The notes beneath the pieces are model-generated. The model ran no database searches. It had not been told where the DNA came from and saw only the letters and a list, made by a program, of their open reading frames with translations. From Octopus sinensis (taxonomy: Eukaryota), in the NCBI RefSeq assembly GCF_006345805.1, contig NC_043005.1:64232001-64296000 (forward strand): a DNA stretch of 64,000 nt, written 5' to 3'. This document shows, in pieces, positions 14,152-29,499 of this stretch. Both the position numbers and the translations under genes were made by a program. The number at the start of each line of letters is the position of its first letter. The stretch's first letter is position 1.

Positions 14152-14534
14152 GGAGGCACAATGGCCCACTGGTTAGGTCAGCGGACTCGCGGTCGTAGGA
14201 TCGCGGTTTCGATTTCCAGACCGGGCGTTGTGAGTGTTTATTGAGCGAAAACACCTAAAGCTCCACGAGGCTCCGGCAGGGATGGTGGTGATCCCTGCTG
14301 TACTCTTTCACCACAACTTTCTCTCACCCTTACTTCCTGTTTCTGTTGTACCTGTATTTCAAAGGGCCGGCCTTGTCACTCTCTGTGTCACGCTGAATAT
14401 CCCCGAGAACTACGTTAAGGGTACACGTGTCTGTGGAGTGCTCAGCCACTTACACGTTAATTTCACGAGCAGGCTGTTCCGTTGATCGGATCAACCGGAA
14501 CCCTCGTCGTCGTAACCGACGGAATGCTTCCACC
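14152..14534 (+). mobile_element. tRNA-derived SINE with 15-bp TSD
   Basis: A-box-like tggcccactggtt, B-box-like ggtttcgatttcc; TSD agttttgttgtctgt at 14137-14151 and 14535-14549. Confidence 0.9.
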
Positions 14535-14802
14535 AGTTTTGTTGTCTGTCGAAGAAAATGGTGGAACTTTTTTTGATGCAATGACCCTGACGCCGTGGGT
14601 TTCTTGAAGTAGCTCTGTTGTCTGTCGAAGGAAATGGCGGGACTCTTTTCGGTGCATTGGATCGAGCCCCTCTGCGACTTTAGTCCATGCTGTGCAATAT
14701 GTGCAATATGTGCCATATGCGTAGCTTATATGTTCACTGAAATTTGCCTGGCAGGCGATGGCTGGCTGCACGGTATTACTGAGATATTCAGATGTACTAG
14801 TA

Positions 14803-15175
14803 TGAAGGCGGCGAGCTGGCAGAAACGTTCTGAGTTCAAATTCCGCCGAGGTCGACTTTGCCTTTCATCTTTTCGGGGTCGATTAAATAAGTACCAGTTA
14901 CGCACTGGGGTCGATATAATCAACTTAATCCGTTTGTCTGTCCTTGTTTGTCGTTTCTGTGATTAGCCCCTTGTGGGTAGTAAAGAGATAGGTATTGCGT
15001 CTGCCACTACGTTCTGGGTTCAAATTCCGCCGAGGTCGACTTTGCCTTTCATCCTTTCGGGGTCGATCAAATAAGTACCAGTTACACACTGGGGTCGATG
15101 TAATCGACTTAATCCGTTTGTCTGTCTTTGTTTGTCCCCTCTGTGTTTAGCCCCTTGTGGGTTGTAAAGAAATAG
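14803..15175 (+). mobile_element. SINE family A dimer with 16-bp TSD
   Basis: Two units carrying gcctttcatc[c/t]tttcggggtcgat..aagtaccag; TSD ttcagatgtactagta at 14787-14802 and 15176-15191. Confidence 0.9.
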
Positions 15176-15925
15176 TTCAGATGTACTAGTAAGTGATTAG
15201 ATGTTCCAACTTAATTGAAAAAGTCTCAATGATATGTAAAATAAAATAGCTTATGTTATTCTGGCATGAGTAGAAAATGACTGCTCTTGGTGTCATTCTT
15301 GTTGTTTAGCTCCAGGTCATTTTTGGTTGAGCACACTTACAGCCATACATATTTCAGCCTTCAAGTCCCTCCCTTCTCTCGAACACTGAGTATATAGAAC
15401 TGCATTACAAAAGTATTCTCTTTTCAAAGTGGTAACGTAAATTTTGAGGGATATTTGATTGCTATTCTTGGCATCTCTAGTGATTACGTAAAATCTTTCT
15501 CAGCACTTTCTTGAAGTGGCTATTTGATGCATTTATTTGTCGATAGAGCTTCAGTCAGCTCATAGCAAAATCTCTACTGATTCAGGAACATCTGTATAAT
15601 CCAACTGGTAAAATTTTCAAGAGAAACCGCCCCAATTCTGAAATGATTAGGTTGAAATTCCTGAATTAACAGATCTAATATAATTATATGGTTTCACACT
15701 CATTCACTCACTCAAATATACACAAGCACACATATACACACACACGCACACACTCTCAAATGCACACACGCATTCTCACACGCACACGTACTCATACACG
15801 AATATACATATACATACATATATGTCAATATCATATGAAAATTTTTTTGTAACACTGAACACTGAAACAATATATTCATTACAGAAAATAATCCTTAGTA
15901 GCTATCACTCAAGTTTGCTTTGCAT

Positions 15926-15927
<2 letters not shown>

Positions 15928-15984
<57 letters not shown>
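15928..15984. repeat. (TAA)n tract, 5' flank of the LINE
   Basis: Perfect run abutting the element. Confidence 0.95.
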
Positions 15985-15985
<1 letters not shown>

Positions 15986-18900
15986 GAGCCAATCAAAGCT
16001 AAAAAATAAACGAGCCAATCAAAGCTAAAAAATGATAACATTATCGTAGCACCAAAATGTTTTTGGAAACTAAAAGGAAAACTAAATCAGTATACCAAAT
16101 CGCTTGTCCTATGGTTAATCTGGAAGCGCGTCCCCCAGGGAAGAGCCAGCCTGGGATCGAAAAGTCATCAACTGGCACAAACTCTTCTACGAATACGGAC
16201 ATGGATGGTCACTTGAACAGGAAATCCCCCAACTCGAGCCCTCCAAGTTCACCACCACAACCACCACAGAAAGAAAAATGTAAGCGGAACAAATGGACCC
16301 GAGAAGAGTATAAAGAAGTAATATACGCTTATTACTATGCATTAGGTAGGCCATCTCAAGAGAGACACACCGCAAACTCTTACAGTATATGGAGAACACG
16401 GAATCAAGACAGTAGGCCCTATTTGGACGAGAACAAATTAGCAAATGTGAGGAGGGATATCTTTAGAAATAACAGACTCACAGACAGTGAAATAAGTGCG
16501 ATCAAGCACGCAACGGAAAATGACATAAATATAAGACACAAAGGAATTGAAGAATCAGATGAACAGTATAGCCCGCAACGAGGCTTAATTGAAAGACTGC
16601 CATCTGACCAAAGTACGCAAAGGCCTGAAGATACAAGAAATTCTATTGTACCTGTTAAAGATAGCCAGGAAAACGAAAAAACAACAGTAACTGAAGATCT
16701 CGCATTTGCTGAAGAACACAGAGAGTCTATGGCAGAAATGAGGCAGAAAATCCTGAATACGCTTGAAGTTGTAAGACATACAAGTATGAATGATAGAGAA
16801 CCGCTTCATAAACTCTCAAATACAAACCAAAATAAAAACAAATCCAAATTGGCAACTATGTAACAAATGAAATAATACGAGAATTAAAACCTGATTTTAC
16901 TGAGTTAAATGAAATTATTTACGCTTCTGCTAGTGCAATTGAAACCAGCTGTATGCCCCCGAAAAAACAAAGAAAACAAAACCTGGGAAGAAATCAAACC
17001 TGGAGAAGTAAAATTGAAAAAGAGATTGAATTTATGAGAGGGGAAATATCAATATTAAATGAACTAATATGTGGAAATGATGTAAGATCCAGAACAGGAA
17101 GAAAGATGAAGAGAAAATTTGGATCCTCACCAAGAGAAGAACTGATATCAATAAAAGAAACGCTGAAACAAAAAGTCCAAGCAAAAGCCCAAAGAATACG
17201 AAGATTTGAGAGAGAGAAACAAGTTTTACAAGCAAAATAAGCTGTTCACATCCAATGCCAAAACATTCTACACAGAGAAATAGGGAAGGAGAAAGTAACC
17301 GTTAAAGACCCCCCCCTCCCATGGAAGAAGTTCAAAACTTTTGGGAAAGGATTTGGAGTGACAAGAAGACGTACAACATAAATGCAGACTGGATTATACA
17401 AACTGAAGGATCCTACCAAAATTTACAACAAGCATGGGAAGACATCACAATAGCAGACCTAAGAAAGGCACTCACGAAGGCCCATAATTGGAAATCCCCC
17501 GGTAAAGATAGGGTGCCGAATTTCTGGCTCGCATCGCTCCCGTGCGCACACGGTAAGCTAGTTCAGCTGCTCAATGGAATTTTGAGAGACCCAAAGAAAA
17601 CACCTGAATGGTTAGCAAGTGGCATTACTTACCTACTCCCAAAGAATAACGAAACCAACCTTCCAAAAAACTATCGGCCTATAACCTGTCTATCCACCAC
17701 GTATAAAATCCTAACATCTATCCTGGCGAAGAAAACATATGCATTCATGGAGAAGAACGATATTTTCCCCATTGAACAAAAAGGGTGCCGCCGAGGCTCT
17801 TACGGATGCAAAGATCAACTGCTAATCAATCGTATGATCCTTGAGAACTGTCACAACAAGCGCAGAAATCTCAGCACCGCATGGATTGACTATAAAAAGG
17901 CCTTCGACAGTATACCGCATCCATGGATCTTGAGATCGCTGGACATCTTTAAAATTTCCCCTGTGATTTCAAACTTCCTGAAGCACAATATGTCGTTGTG
18001 GAATACGAATCTCCAATTATACCACTCTAATGGAGTACTTGTCTCAGAAAATATAAACATCAACTGTGGATTTTTCAAGGTGACTCACTTTCACCTTTAA
18101 TATTCTGCATAGCCCTAATACCCCTTACAAGTGAATTAAACAGAAAAGGGTATGGGTATAAAATTGCCAATAAAAAATAGCCATCTATTTTATATGGATG
18201 ACTTAAAACTTTATGGTAAAGACAATAATGAACTTGAAGGCCTATTGCGCACCGTGAAAGCATTCAGCGATGACATCGGGATGGAGTTTGGACTGAGAAG
18301 TGTGCCAAGGCCACTTTCCAGAAAGGGAAAGTGAAGACCACAAATTCAGTCGTGTTAGATGTTAACACAGTCATAAGAGAGCTTGAGCAAGAACAGACAT
18401 ACAAATATTTAGGGATAAATGAAGGCTCTGGTATTCAGCATGCAAGCATGAAAGAGAAAATCAGGAAGGAATGTTATAGGAGAGTTCGTGCAGTCCTGAA
18501 ATCTGAACTAAATGCACGTAACAAGGTGTTAGCTATAAATTCCTTAGCAGTTCCAGTTGTTACTTATAGCTACAATGTGTTGAACTGGAATATGAGTGAA
18601 GTAAAGAATATAGATAGAAAAATACGCAAGCTGCTGAGTTGTAATAGGATGCACCACCCAAAGGCAGACGTAGATCGCCTTTACCTTCCCAGAGCCCAAG
18701 GAGGTCGAGGCCTGATCCAATTTGAACTAGCTTACAAAACAACCACAATTGGACTGGCCAAATATCTCGAAATATCGAATGACTGGAAGCTAAAGCTCGT
18801 GGAAAATCACGAGAGACGAAAGAAGCTTCATTCTATCATCAAGGAAAGCAAAATATTTGCTATTGATCTCGTGCAGGATACCCAAACTGAACAACCCGAG

Positions 18901-19904
18901 GGAAGTACGGCAACCCTAAAATGATTGGCAATGAAAAAGCGCACGAGCAATTGGCTGATAGGTGGGAGGAGAAACCTCTGCACGGCAAATATGTGACCCG
19001 CAGCAAACAAGCTGATGTTGACCAGAAGCAAACCCATCAGTGGCTGCGGAGCTCAGGGCTAAAAGCAGAGAGCGAAGGTTTCATCCTGGCTGCTCAAGAC
19101 CAAAGCCTATTAACCCGGAACTACCAGGCCAATGTGATGAAAAATGGAGCAGACCCAAAATGCCGATTCTGCAACGACATGATTGAAACAGTGGACCACC
19201 TAATCTCTGGATGTAAAGTCTTAGCACCAGTGGAGTATAAATTAAGACATGACAGAGTTGGCCAATATCTCCACTGGCTAATAAGTCGGCATTACAATAT
19301 CAAAACTGCCGACAAGTGGTATAATCACCACCCTGAGGCTGTAACTGAAGGAGAAATGTAACCATTCTGTGGGACTTTCCAGTACATACAGACCGAACCA
19401 TCAAGGCCAGTAAACCAGATATTGTTGTGAAAGACCAAAACAATAAAGTTTGCTTATTGATCGACATGAGCATCCCCTGTGATCATAATATCTTAGCGAA
19501 AGAGTTTGACAAGCTCAGAAAATATAAAGACCTACTCATTGAAATTGAGAAAATGTGGCATCTCAAGGCGGTTACAATACCAGTGATCGTAGGAGCACTA
19601 GGAATGATCAAGAAGGGAACCGAAAATTATATGAGAATGATCCCTGGCTTACCATCCCTGCAAGAAGTGCAAAAGATTGTCTTAACTGGTACATCACACG
19701 TATTGAGAAGAGCATTGTCGATGTGAGAACTGTTGCTGCTCATGTATTTTAATTTAACTTTAAAAAAAAAAAAATAAAAAAAATGAACGAACTACTGAGT
19801 TTGGTTTAATGGCCTACCAATATACACTATGAGTTTCTTTGCCCTAGGAGTCGGGAAGACACTCGGCAAGAAATGGAAGAAAATTTGAAAGAAGAAAAAA
19901 AAAG
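15985..19904 (+). mobile_element. R4-clade (Dong-like) site-specific non-LTR retrotransposon in (TAA)n
   Basis: Single long RT-CCHC-RLE frame, short UTRs, A-rich 3' end, (TAA)n on both sides. Confidence 0.92.
16057..19726 (+). pseudogene. Frameshifted ~1200-aa ORF: Myb-like N-terminus, reverse transcriptase, CCHC knuckle, restriction-like endonuclease
   Basis: RNKWTREE, KSPGKD, YRPITCL, EQKG, WIDYKKAFDS, FQGDS, YMDDLKLY, YKYLG, CRFC..ETVDHLISGC, RHD, KPDIVV, LLIDMSIP, KLRKY; spread over successive frames. Confidence 0.93.
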
Positions 19905-19963
19905 TAATAATAATAATAATATAATAATAATAATAATAACAACAACAACAATAATAATAATAA
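19905..19963. repeat. (TAA)n/(CAA)n tract between the LINE and the 550-bp element
   Basis: Seen directly. Confidence 0.95.
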
Positions 19964-20501
19964 TTCCCTGATGCAGTACCAGGCAGTGGCTCTCGTGGCT
20001 TTTGATCTTAACTGATTGGAAGTGTTATTATCTACATTGCTTTGTCTTGGTATAAAAGATGAGCTACAGCAAATATTCTGCTCAATACCACAGATTTGCT
20101 TGTCAGTTGTTTGACCTTAACCAGTTGAGTATGTCCCTTAGTGGCTGACTATATGTGCATCTCTGATCATGAGCAGAAATAGTGGGGGAGTATCATAGCT
20201 ATGTGTTGAGAGGGATTCTTTGGAGTTTGAATAATTCACTTTTGGAAACATGGGCGATTCGTTCATCATCCTTAAACAACCGTTATTCGGGGACCTTTTG
20301 AGTGAAGAAAATTCTAACTGGGCCCCTACTTACAAGGTCACGCGTTGTTTGTCTTGATATGAGATCACCATGTCGCGCACATATGATTGTGATTAATGTG
20401 CCTGATTTACCCTTATCAGACGGGTAGTCATGAGGGGTATATTGAGCTTCGTATATTTGTATCCCAGTGTCACTTTGATGGCATGCGCTGCTCTCTCACT
20501 C
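19964..20501. mobile_element. ~540-bp non-coding interspersed element flanked by TAA-type repeats (copy 1)
   Basis: Collinear with 47816-48367; starts ccctgatgcagtaccaggcagtggctc and ends gctctctcactc. Confidence 0.85.
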
Positions 20502-20537
20502 ATTACTACTACTAATAATATTAATATCAATGATAAT

Positions 20538-20563
20538 AAGTAGTAGTAGTAGTAGTAGTAGTT

Positions 20564-20602
<39 letters not shown>

Positions 20603-20651
20603 AACCGTCCAGTTCATACCAGAATGGGAAAGGGGACATTAAATGATGACA

Positions 20652-20729
<78 letters not shown>
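20538..20729. repeat. (TAG)n and (GAC)n(GAT)n microsatellites
   Basis: Seen directly. Confidence 0.95.
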
Positions 20730-22526
20730 GGTGTATATGTGCGTTTGTACATCTGAGTATATGTGTTTGTTTATATGTCCATATGTCCATATTTATCGGT
20801 GTAAGCCTGTGCTGCACCCCTTTGCATCTAAATAAGGATAGAAATCTATAAAATAAGCAACTGTCTGAAATAAACATGTGTGATAGTTATAATCAACCAA
20901 ATAAAAATACGAAATGCAGTTATATCTAGCATGAATCTCACTGCAATGACTGGAAACATTCAAAACAATAAAATGTCTTCTTTACGCACAGATATCTCAA
21001 ATTTTTAAAGCGATGTACATTAAATGAAATTGCTTACGCGTTTCTACGGTATTAGCATTATTGGCCATTGCTTTCGAGTATGTCGATTGTACACCTCTTT
21101 CATAACGTCACACATCACAAAATTTCCATTACCTATTAACACTTATATATATTAGTCCATCTCCAAATTTTTTGCAGTCAGTTGAATTGATTCCAAGTAC
21201 ATTACTGTTGCTTTTTAATAATTCTAAAACGATGAAGATATAACTGATAACTGAATTTGGTTACTTTTGAATTCGGAAATAAGAAAAGGAATCAAAATAT
21301 AGTGAACTAACGTTTTACAATTTAAGTTAGTTCCATCATTTTTCTGCCTCTGATTAGCACTACCATTATTTCGGGTTTTTTCACTCAAGAATTCCGCCAT
21401 CTTGAGCTCCAACCATCTTCATTACCTCGGACTTCCAACCAGCTCTTCCGTCATCACAGGTCTCCAACTAACTTTATTATATCTGGCCTCCGACTAGCTC
21501 CTCCATCAAATCAATCCCCTCACCAGTTCCTTCATCATCAAGAGTCTCCAATTATTTCATCTCGGATTGCCAACCAGCACCTCCGTCTTTTTTAGCTACC
21601 TACTAGATCCATCGTATTGGGCCTCTAACGAGCTCCTCCAGCTCGAGCCTATGACCTTCTCAATCATCATATCAGCTTTTCTATCATCTATGTCATCACG
21701 GGCCCAGATCAGCTGCGTCCTTTTCTTCTTCCAACCTGCTCCTCCCATCTACGGCCCCCAACCAATTCTATAATTCCGTGTCTCCGCTAAATGCGTATTT
21801 TGATCAGTTATCAAAGCATTTGGGGGAGGTGGGGTTGTTGATCGTAAAGAAAAATTACATAAAAACTTCACATTTCTTCGTAAAGCCTTCATAACCTCCT
21901 TTATAAATTGCGTTAGTCTCTTTGATCTTGAACCTACTATATTTACATATTCTTCATTTCTTTTTCACCAGGCTGAGTGACAGTTTCATTGCAATTCTTG
22001 TCACATTTTCAATGCAACGTTAATTCGTTTCATTTCCAAGAAAGATATCTCATCAAAAGATCTCATTTGTCTCCTCGGTTTTTTTTTCCTGCGGAAACTT
22101 GTATCAGCTATGTATATATATAATTAGCGCATACATGAATAATTATAATGCTGTCAAACTTATGGGACCAATTTCTCCAGCATTTCCCATATTAATATTA
22201 TTCATAGCTAGTACAGTGAATTGATAGAATTGACAGAAACTTTGCCATATTGGATTAAATGCGTTATAGTGTTTAATTTTCTCCTATGTTCTTAGTTCAA
22301 ATATAGACTGATGTCTGTTTCAAAGTCATTATATAGCCTCTTCTAATAAATTTATCTTTAAATTAGCCTTGAGTGTTATGAATAAACAAAACATATCTCC
22401 GTCAATAAGAGGGTAATAATCAGCCAGGCGAATTAGATTACATTATTTTGATTCCATTTCTCTGTATTCTTAATAGAAATCCCGCAAAGGCCAACTTCCT
22501 TTTGTAACTTTATCGACGTTTATTCG

Positions 22527-22943
22527 TATTTCTTTATTGCCCACGAGGGGCTACACACAGAGGGGACAAACAAGGACAGACAAATGGATTAAGTCGATTA
22601 TATCGACCCCAGTGCGTAACTGGTACTTATTTAATCGACCCCGAAAGGATGAAAGGTAAAGTCGACATCGGCGGAATTTGAACTCAGAACGTAGCGCGAG
22701 ACGAAATACCTGTTTCTTTACTACCCACAAGGGGCTAAACACAAAGAGGACAAACAAGGACAGACAAACGGATTAATTCGATTATATCGACTCCAGTGCG
22801 AAACTGGTACTTATTTAATCGACCCGAAACGATGAAAGGCAAAGTCGACCTCGGCGGAATTTGAACTCAGAACGTAGCGGCTGACGAAATACCGCTAAGC
22901 ATTTCGCCCGGCATGCTAACGTCTCTGCCAGCTCGCCGCCTTA
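22527..22943 (-). mobile_element. SINE family A dimer
   Basis: Reverse complement of the family A head plus a second unit; TSD acgtttattc at ~22516-22525 and ~22945-22954. Confidence 0.9.
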
Positions 22944-22972
22944 ACGTTTATTCTAATATAATCGACACCCCT

Positions 22973-23190
22973 AAGGGGACGAGCTGCCAGAATCGTTAGC
23001 ACGCCGGACAAGATGCTTTACGGTATTCTCCCGTCTTTACGTTCTGCGTTCAATTTCCACCGAGGCCAACTTTGCCTTTCATCCTTTCGGGGGTGAATAA
23101 AATAAGTACCAATTGCGTACTGGGGTCGATGCAATTGACTTATCCCCACTCCGAAATCGGTGATTTTATGCCAAAATTTGAAATCAATAT
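22973..23190 (+). mobile_element. SINE family A monomer, older variant
   Basis: gagctgccagaatcgttagcacgccgg, gcctttcatcctttcgggg, aagtacc. Confidence 0.85.
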
Positions 23191-23817
23191 AATCGTTACG
23201 CTTGCGAGAACATCCATTCGTAATAATATTTTTAATAATGAATTAGTGAAGGTGCATGGCCTGATGTCTAGGCTCTTCGTCTCATGATTATAAAGTCATG
23301 TGTGGGTGCTTGTGCGAGTGTGAGCGTCTCTGTGCGTGTGTGCGCTCGCTCGTGCATGTGCGTATCTTTGTATATACTGATGCATAATACTGCAACCAGT
23401 CATGTCCGTTTCGAGTCTAAGGAAGTTAACTTAGCTGTTCGATAATTTAAGACATCGATAAATTTATACCAAACTGAAATAAATAATTTGGTGAAACTAT
23501 GATTTGGTAAACAAAACAAAATTAAAACGTGGTTCTCCAATCCTGCCACAATGAAACCAGTAACAGGTGGAGTCTCATATAACAGTAGAAATGTGTTGTG
23601 AAAGAAGGCAGCAAAGGAGCGTTGAATGCGTTGGTATGAAGAGCATATCTAGTGTAGATGTTTGGTAAAACACGATAGTAATGGAAACAGTTTCCCTTAC
23701 AACACCAAAATAAAGCGGAGAAATATAAAAATTCTTGAGCAAGGTATAGATCTTGAACAATAGTTTATCTCCAAAAGCGCATTCTTTAGGAAACAGCTGC
23801 TACAAAATTATATTTCC

Positions 23818-25970
<2,153 letters not shown>

Positions 25971-28510
25971 ACGCATTACTCTAGAGGCATGCATACGTAG
26001 TTACAATGCAGAAATGCAAACAGCTACGTCGCATCGTATCAAGAGTATCTACTAACAAACGAGCATCGAAGTGCATCTTCCTTAGATCAAGCTTGCGTAT
26101 ATGAAGCAAACGGCGATATAAAATTTAGAAACACACTTCCATACCTACCAAACAACTATAACTTCATATATGTTTAGAGACACACGCCAAAAGAGACCAA
26201 AAGTCCTCCCGTAATAGAGCAACAAAAACATAGCTATGTTATCAGAAAACTTCAGAGTGACTGTATCATTGATACTAATAACAGGATGGTATGGAACTAA
26301 TCGTAATAAGAAAATGCCTGGTGCAAGAAAGGAACACAGTTGTATGCAAGACACCCAAATTGGATAACCGATAGATACTCGATGGAATAAACAGATGCAT
26401 TTGTCCGAAAATGTCATCACCATATTTACTGCCTATGGTGCACGATGTAAAGACCAAAATACTTTCCAATGAAGTCCATAGAAAAGATTTTCCTGAAGAT
26501 CAGAATAAATGAAGTTACAGTGATATAGGAAGGTATGCAGACTCATAACAAAAAAGAATGCTAGGGGAAAGTATCTTAGAGCTTTTGGCAGATACTAAAA
26601 AGCTAGACACAATTATTTGGAACGGTGAAAAGAAAGTTTGTAAAGCAACAGAAATCAGTTGTTCTGTAGAGGTCAACATAATGATGAAAATAAAAGAAAA
26701 AATAGTATATGTACTGATTTAATGAGAAATCTGCAGATACTGATGCTCCAGCATGACCACAGTCCAGTGACTGAAACTAGTAAAAGGATAAAAGGATAGT
26801 GCACCCGGAAGAAAACTTTATAATGACGTCTGCTATTATCGGGCTATTTGGCTGTGTGTGACTTCTTCAGCTCTGACAAGCTGCGGGGGTTGAGACTTCA
26901 CAATGCAAGAGAACCCTTTCTGGGTTCTTGAAGGTTATTAATGGAATTCAAAGCCATTAATGGGTGGAATAGTGAGAATCTTTGAAAAACAGTATTCTAG
27001 AAGCTTAGCTTGTTGTAGGTACATGGAGAGACATACAAACATATACGTATATAAAATACGTAAGCCAAAACATACACTTATGCATGCAAATGACATGCAT
27101 GGATTCACATATACGTACATGTGCAGATACATATAAACATACATTTATATATACATATATATTTGTATATTTAAATATGTACGTATGTTTTAATTGATTC
27201 TCCATTCTCTAGGAAGAACTCACATAAATTTCAACTAAAAACATACATAAGCACACACACACACACTACATACATACATACATACATGCATACATACATA
27301 CATACGTATGTGTATATGTGTGTGTGTATGTAGTATGTGTGTAGTGTGTGTCTTTTAAATTCGTTTATGGTAACGTTAAGTGTATACAAATAAAGCTCGT
27401 ATAATGTTACTGACTAGTGAGTCAATTTTTCGAGGATGCATCATGGTTATACCGATATAATGTAGGATAAATAGCGTAGGATAAATACCGGGTACCCACA
27501 GATAATACGGACTATATTGTACTCATACCAAGGATACGGACTCTGATGTTAAAGTTATGTGACTTATGGAAACGCGCGTAGTGATGTGTTTAAATATTTA
27601 TAGATTCCATCCTAGAATTATTGTTATTATTATATGTATATATATATATATACATATATGTATACATGTGTATAGACACACACACACACACACACACAAA
27701 CACACACAAACACACACACACATAATTAAATATAAGTTTTGCCGTACACAACAAAATCACTTTACAGTTACGTCAGAAAATATCAAGTAAAAATCGTAAC
27801 ACAAAATAAATTCGTTTGTTTTTTTTTTTCTTTTCAGTATCAAATGTACTTTATTTTTTATTTCGTTCGTTAATCATGTCACTTGAAGTGTGAAAACTTG
27901 CTTGGATGTTTTCTTCTAGCTTTTACAAGAATTATTATACTATTCCGATCTAATTTTACATATACAAGAAGACTATATAGTTTTTTTATGTTTGAGTAAG
28001 ATAAGAGGAGAAGTACTTGGTTATCGATTGTGTGGTAGACTAAGTATTATAGAAAAAAATGTTCACATTTCTATGATAATCGCATTACCGAATATTTGGT
28101 CTTTAAATTCATTTGTACTTTATACATTGCAATGGGGACGTCTTTAATAATTTAAACGGTGTGCAATAATGGTATTGAGATTGAGAGATGTCAACTGTCA
28201 TGAACAAATATAATTACTATGTTCCACTACAGCAGTATATTATTACGTTTTATTGTATCGCCATTACTATAAAAGACATTGGAACTCTCTCAACACATAT
28301 ATGTACACATACACACAAATATACGCACACACACACACGCACACACTCACATACACACATACATATATGAATATGAATACATACAATTATATATATATAT
28401 ATACATACTATGAATCCATCTACATATATATTATATTCACGTATATGTATGTATATTTGTATGTGTGAGTGTGTGCATGTGTGTGTATGTGTATACAGAT
28501 TCTCTCTTCA

Positions 28511-28911
28511 CTCTCTTTTACTCTTTTACTTGTTTCAGTCATTTGACTGCGGCCATGCTGGAGCACCGCCTTTAGTCGAGCAAATCGACCCCGGGACTTA
28601 TTCTTTGTAAGCCCAGTACTTATTCTATCAGTCTCTTTTGCCGAACCGCTAAGTGACGGGGACGTAAACACACGAGCATCGGTTGTCAAGCAATGCTAGG
28701 GCGACAAATACAAACACACAAACATACACACACACATACATATACATATATACGACAGTCTTCTTTCAGTTTCCGTCTACCAAATCCACTCACAAGGCAC
28801 TGGTCGGCCCGGGGCTATAGCAGAAGACACTTGCTCAAGATGCCACGCAGTGTAAATGAACCCGGAACCATGCGGTTGGTAAGCAAGCTACTTACCACAC
28901 AGCCACTCCTG
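28511..28911 (-). mobile_element. Full-length SINE family B
   Basis: tRNA-like head caggagtggctgtgtggtaag..gggttca on - strand, internal (CA)/(TA) tract, GAGTAAAA-repeat tail. Confidence 0.9.
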
Positions 28912-29499
28912 TATTTGTATTATATTCACTGACTTCGAGATGTTTTCATACGGAGCTGAATATCTTTGATAAATCTAAATTAACATACATACATTCCTTT
29001 TTCTTACTGAGAAAATAAAGCATCAGAACATAGGACCTGGTGCCAGTCCTACTTCTCCTCAGTTCAAAGATTTGAGCAAAGTCGATTCCAAACTGCCGCT
29101 TCTCTAATTGAAAATTTTACTCGTCATTGTAGTTTTGTGCAGCCGAGAAAGCAGGCTTTGTCGTCCACTCAAGAAAACACGTAATATATTATCTACAAGC
29201 ACTCGTGCAAACTAAGTCATCAACTTTTTCCATTTGCCAAAAAGTTTGCAAGGCACCGGCTGGTCTCAAGAGACACATGCGTGTCCACAGAACATGATTG
29301 CCAGTTTATTTAACTGAACCCTCATTTGTCATTCACAACGACAGAATCCATTATTTTGAAGGATTTTTTACATTCTGCATTAACGCAGGCATGTAAGTAA
29401 TTTATTTATAATATAAATTACATGTTTTAAAGTTACAAAACAATTTATCGTGAAATAGAGATTTCTTTATTGTTAAATAAAATTTCATCAAACTATTTC

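Noticed and set aside
16057-19726. Programmed frameshifting or several separate genes in the LINE
   Set aside because: Breaks fall inside conserved RT motifs; mutation or sequencing indels are the simpler explanation
26040-26700. Possible decayed LINE coding fragment
   Set aside because: A-rich and coding-like, but no diagnostic motif is recognisable
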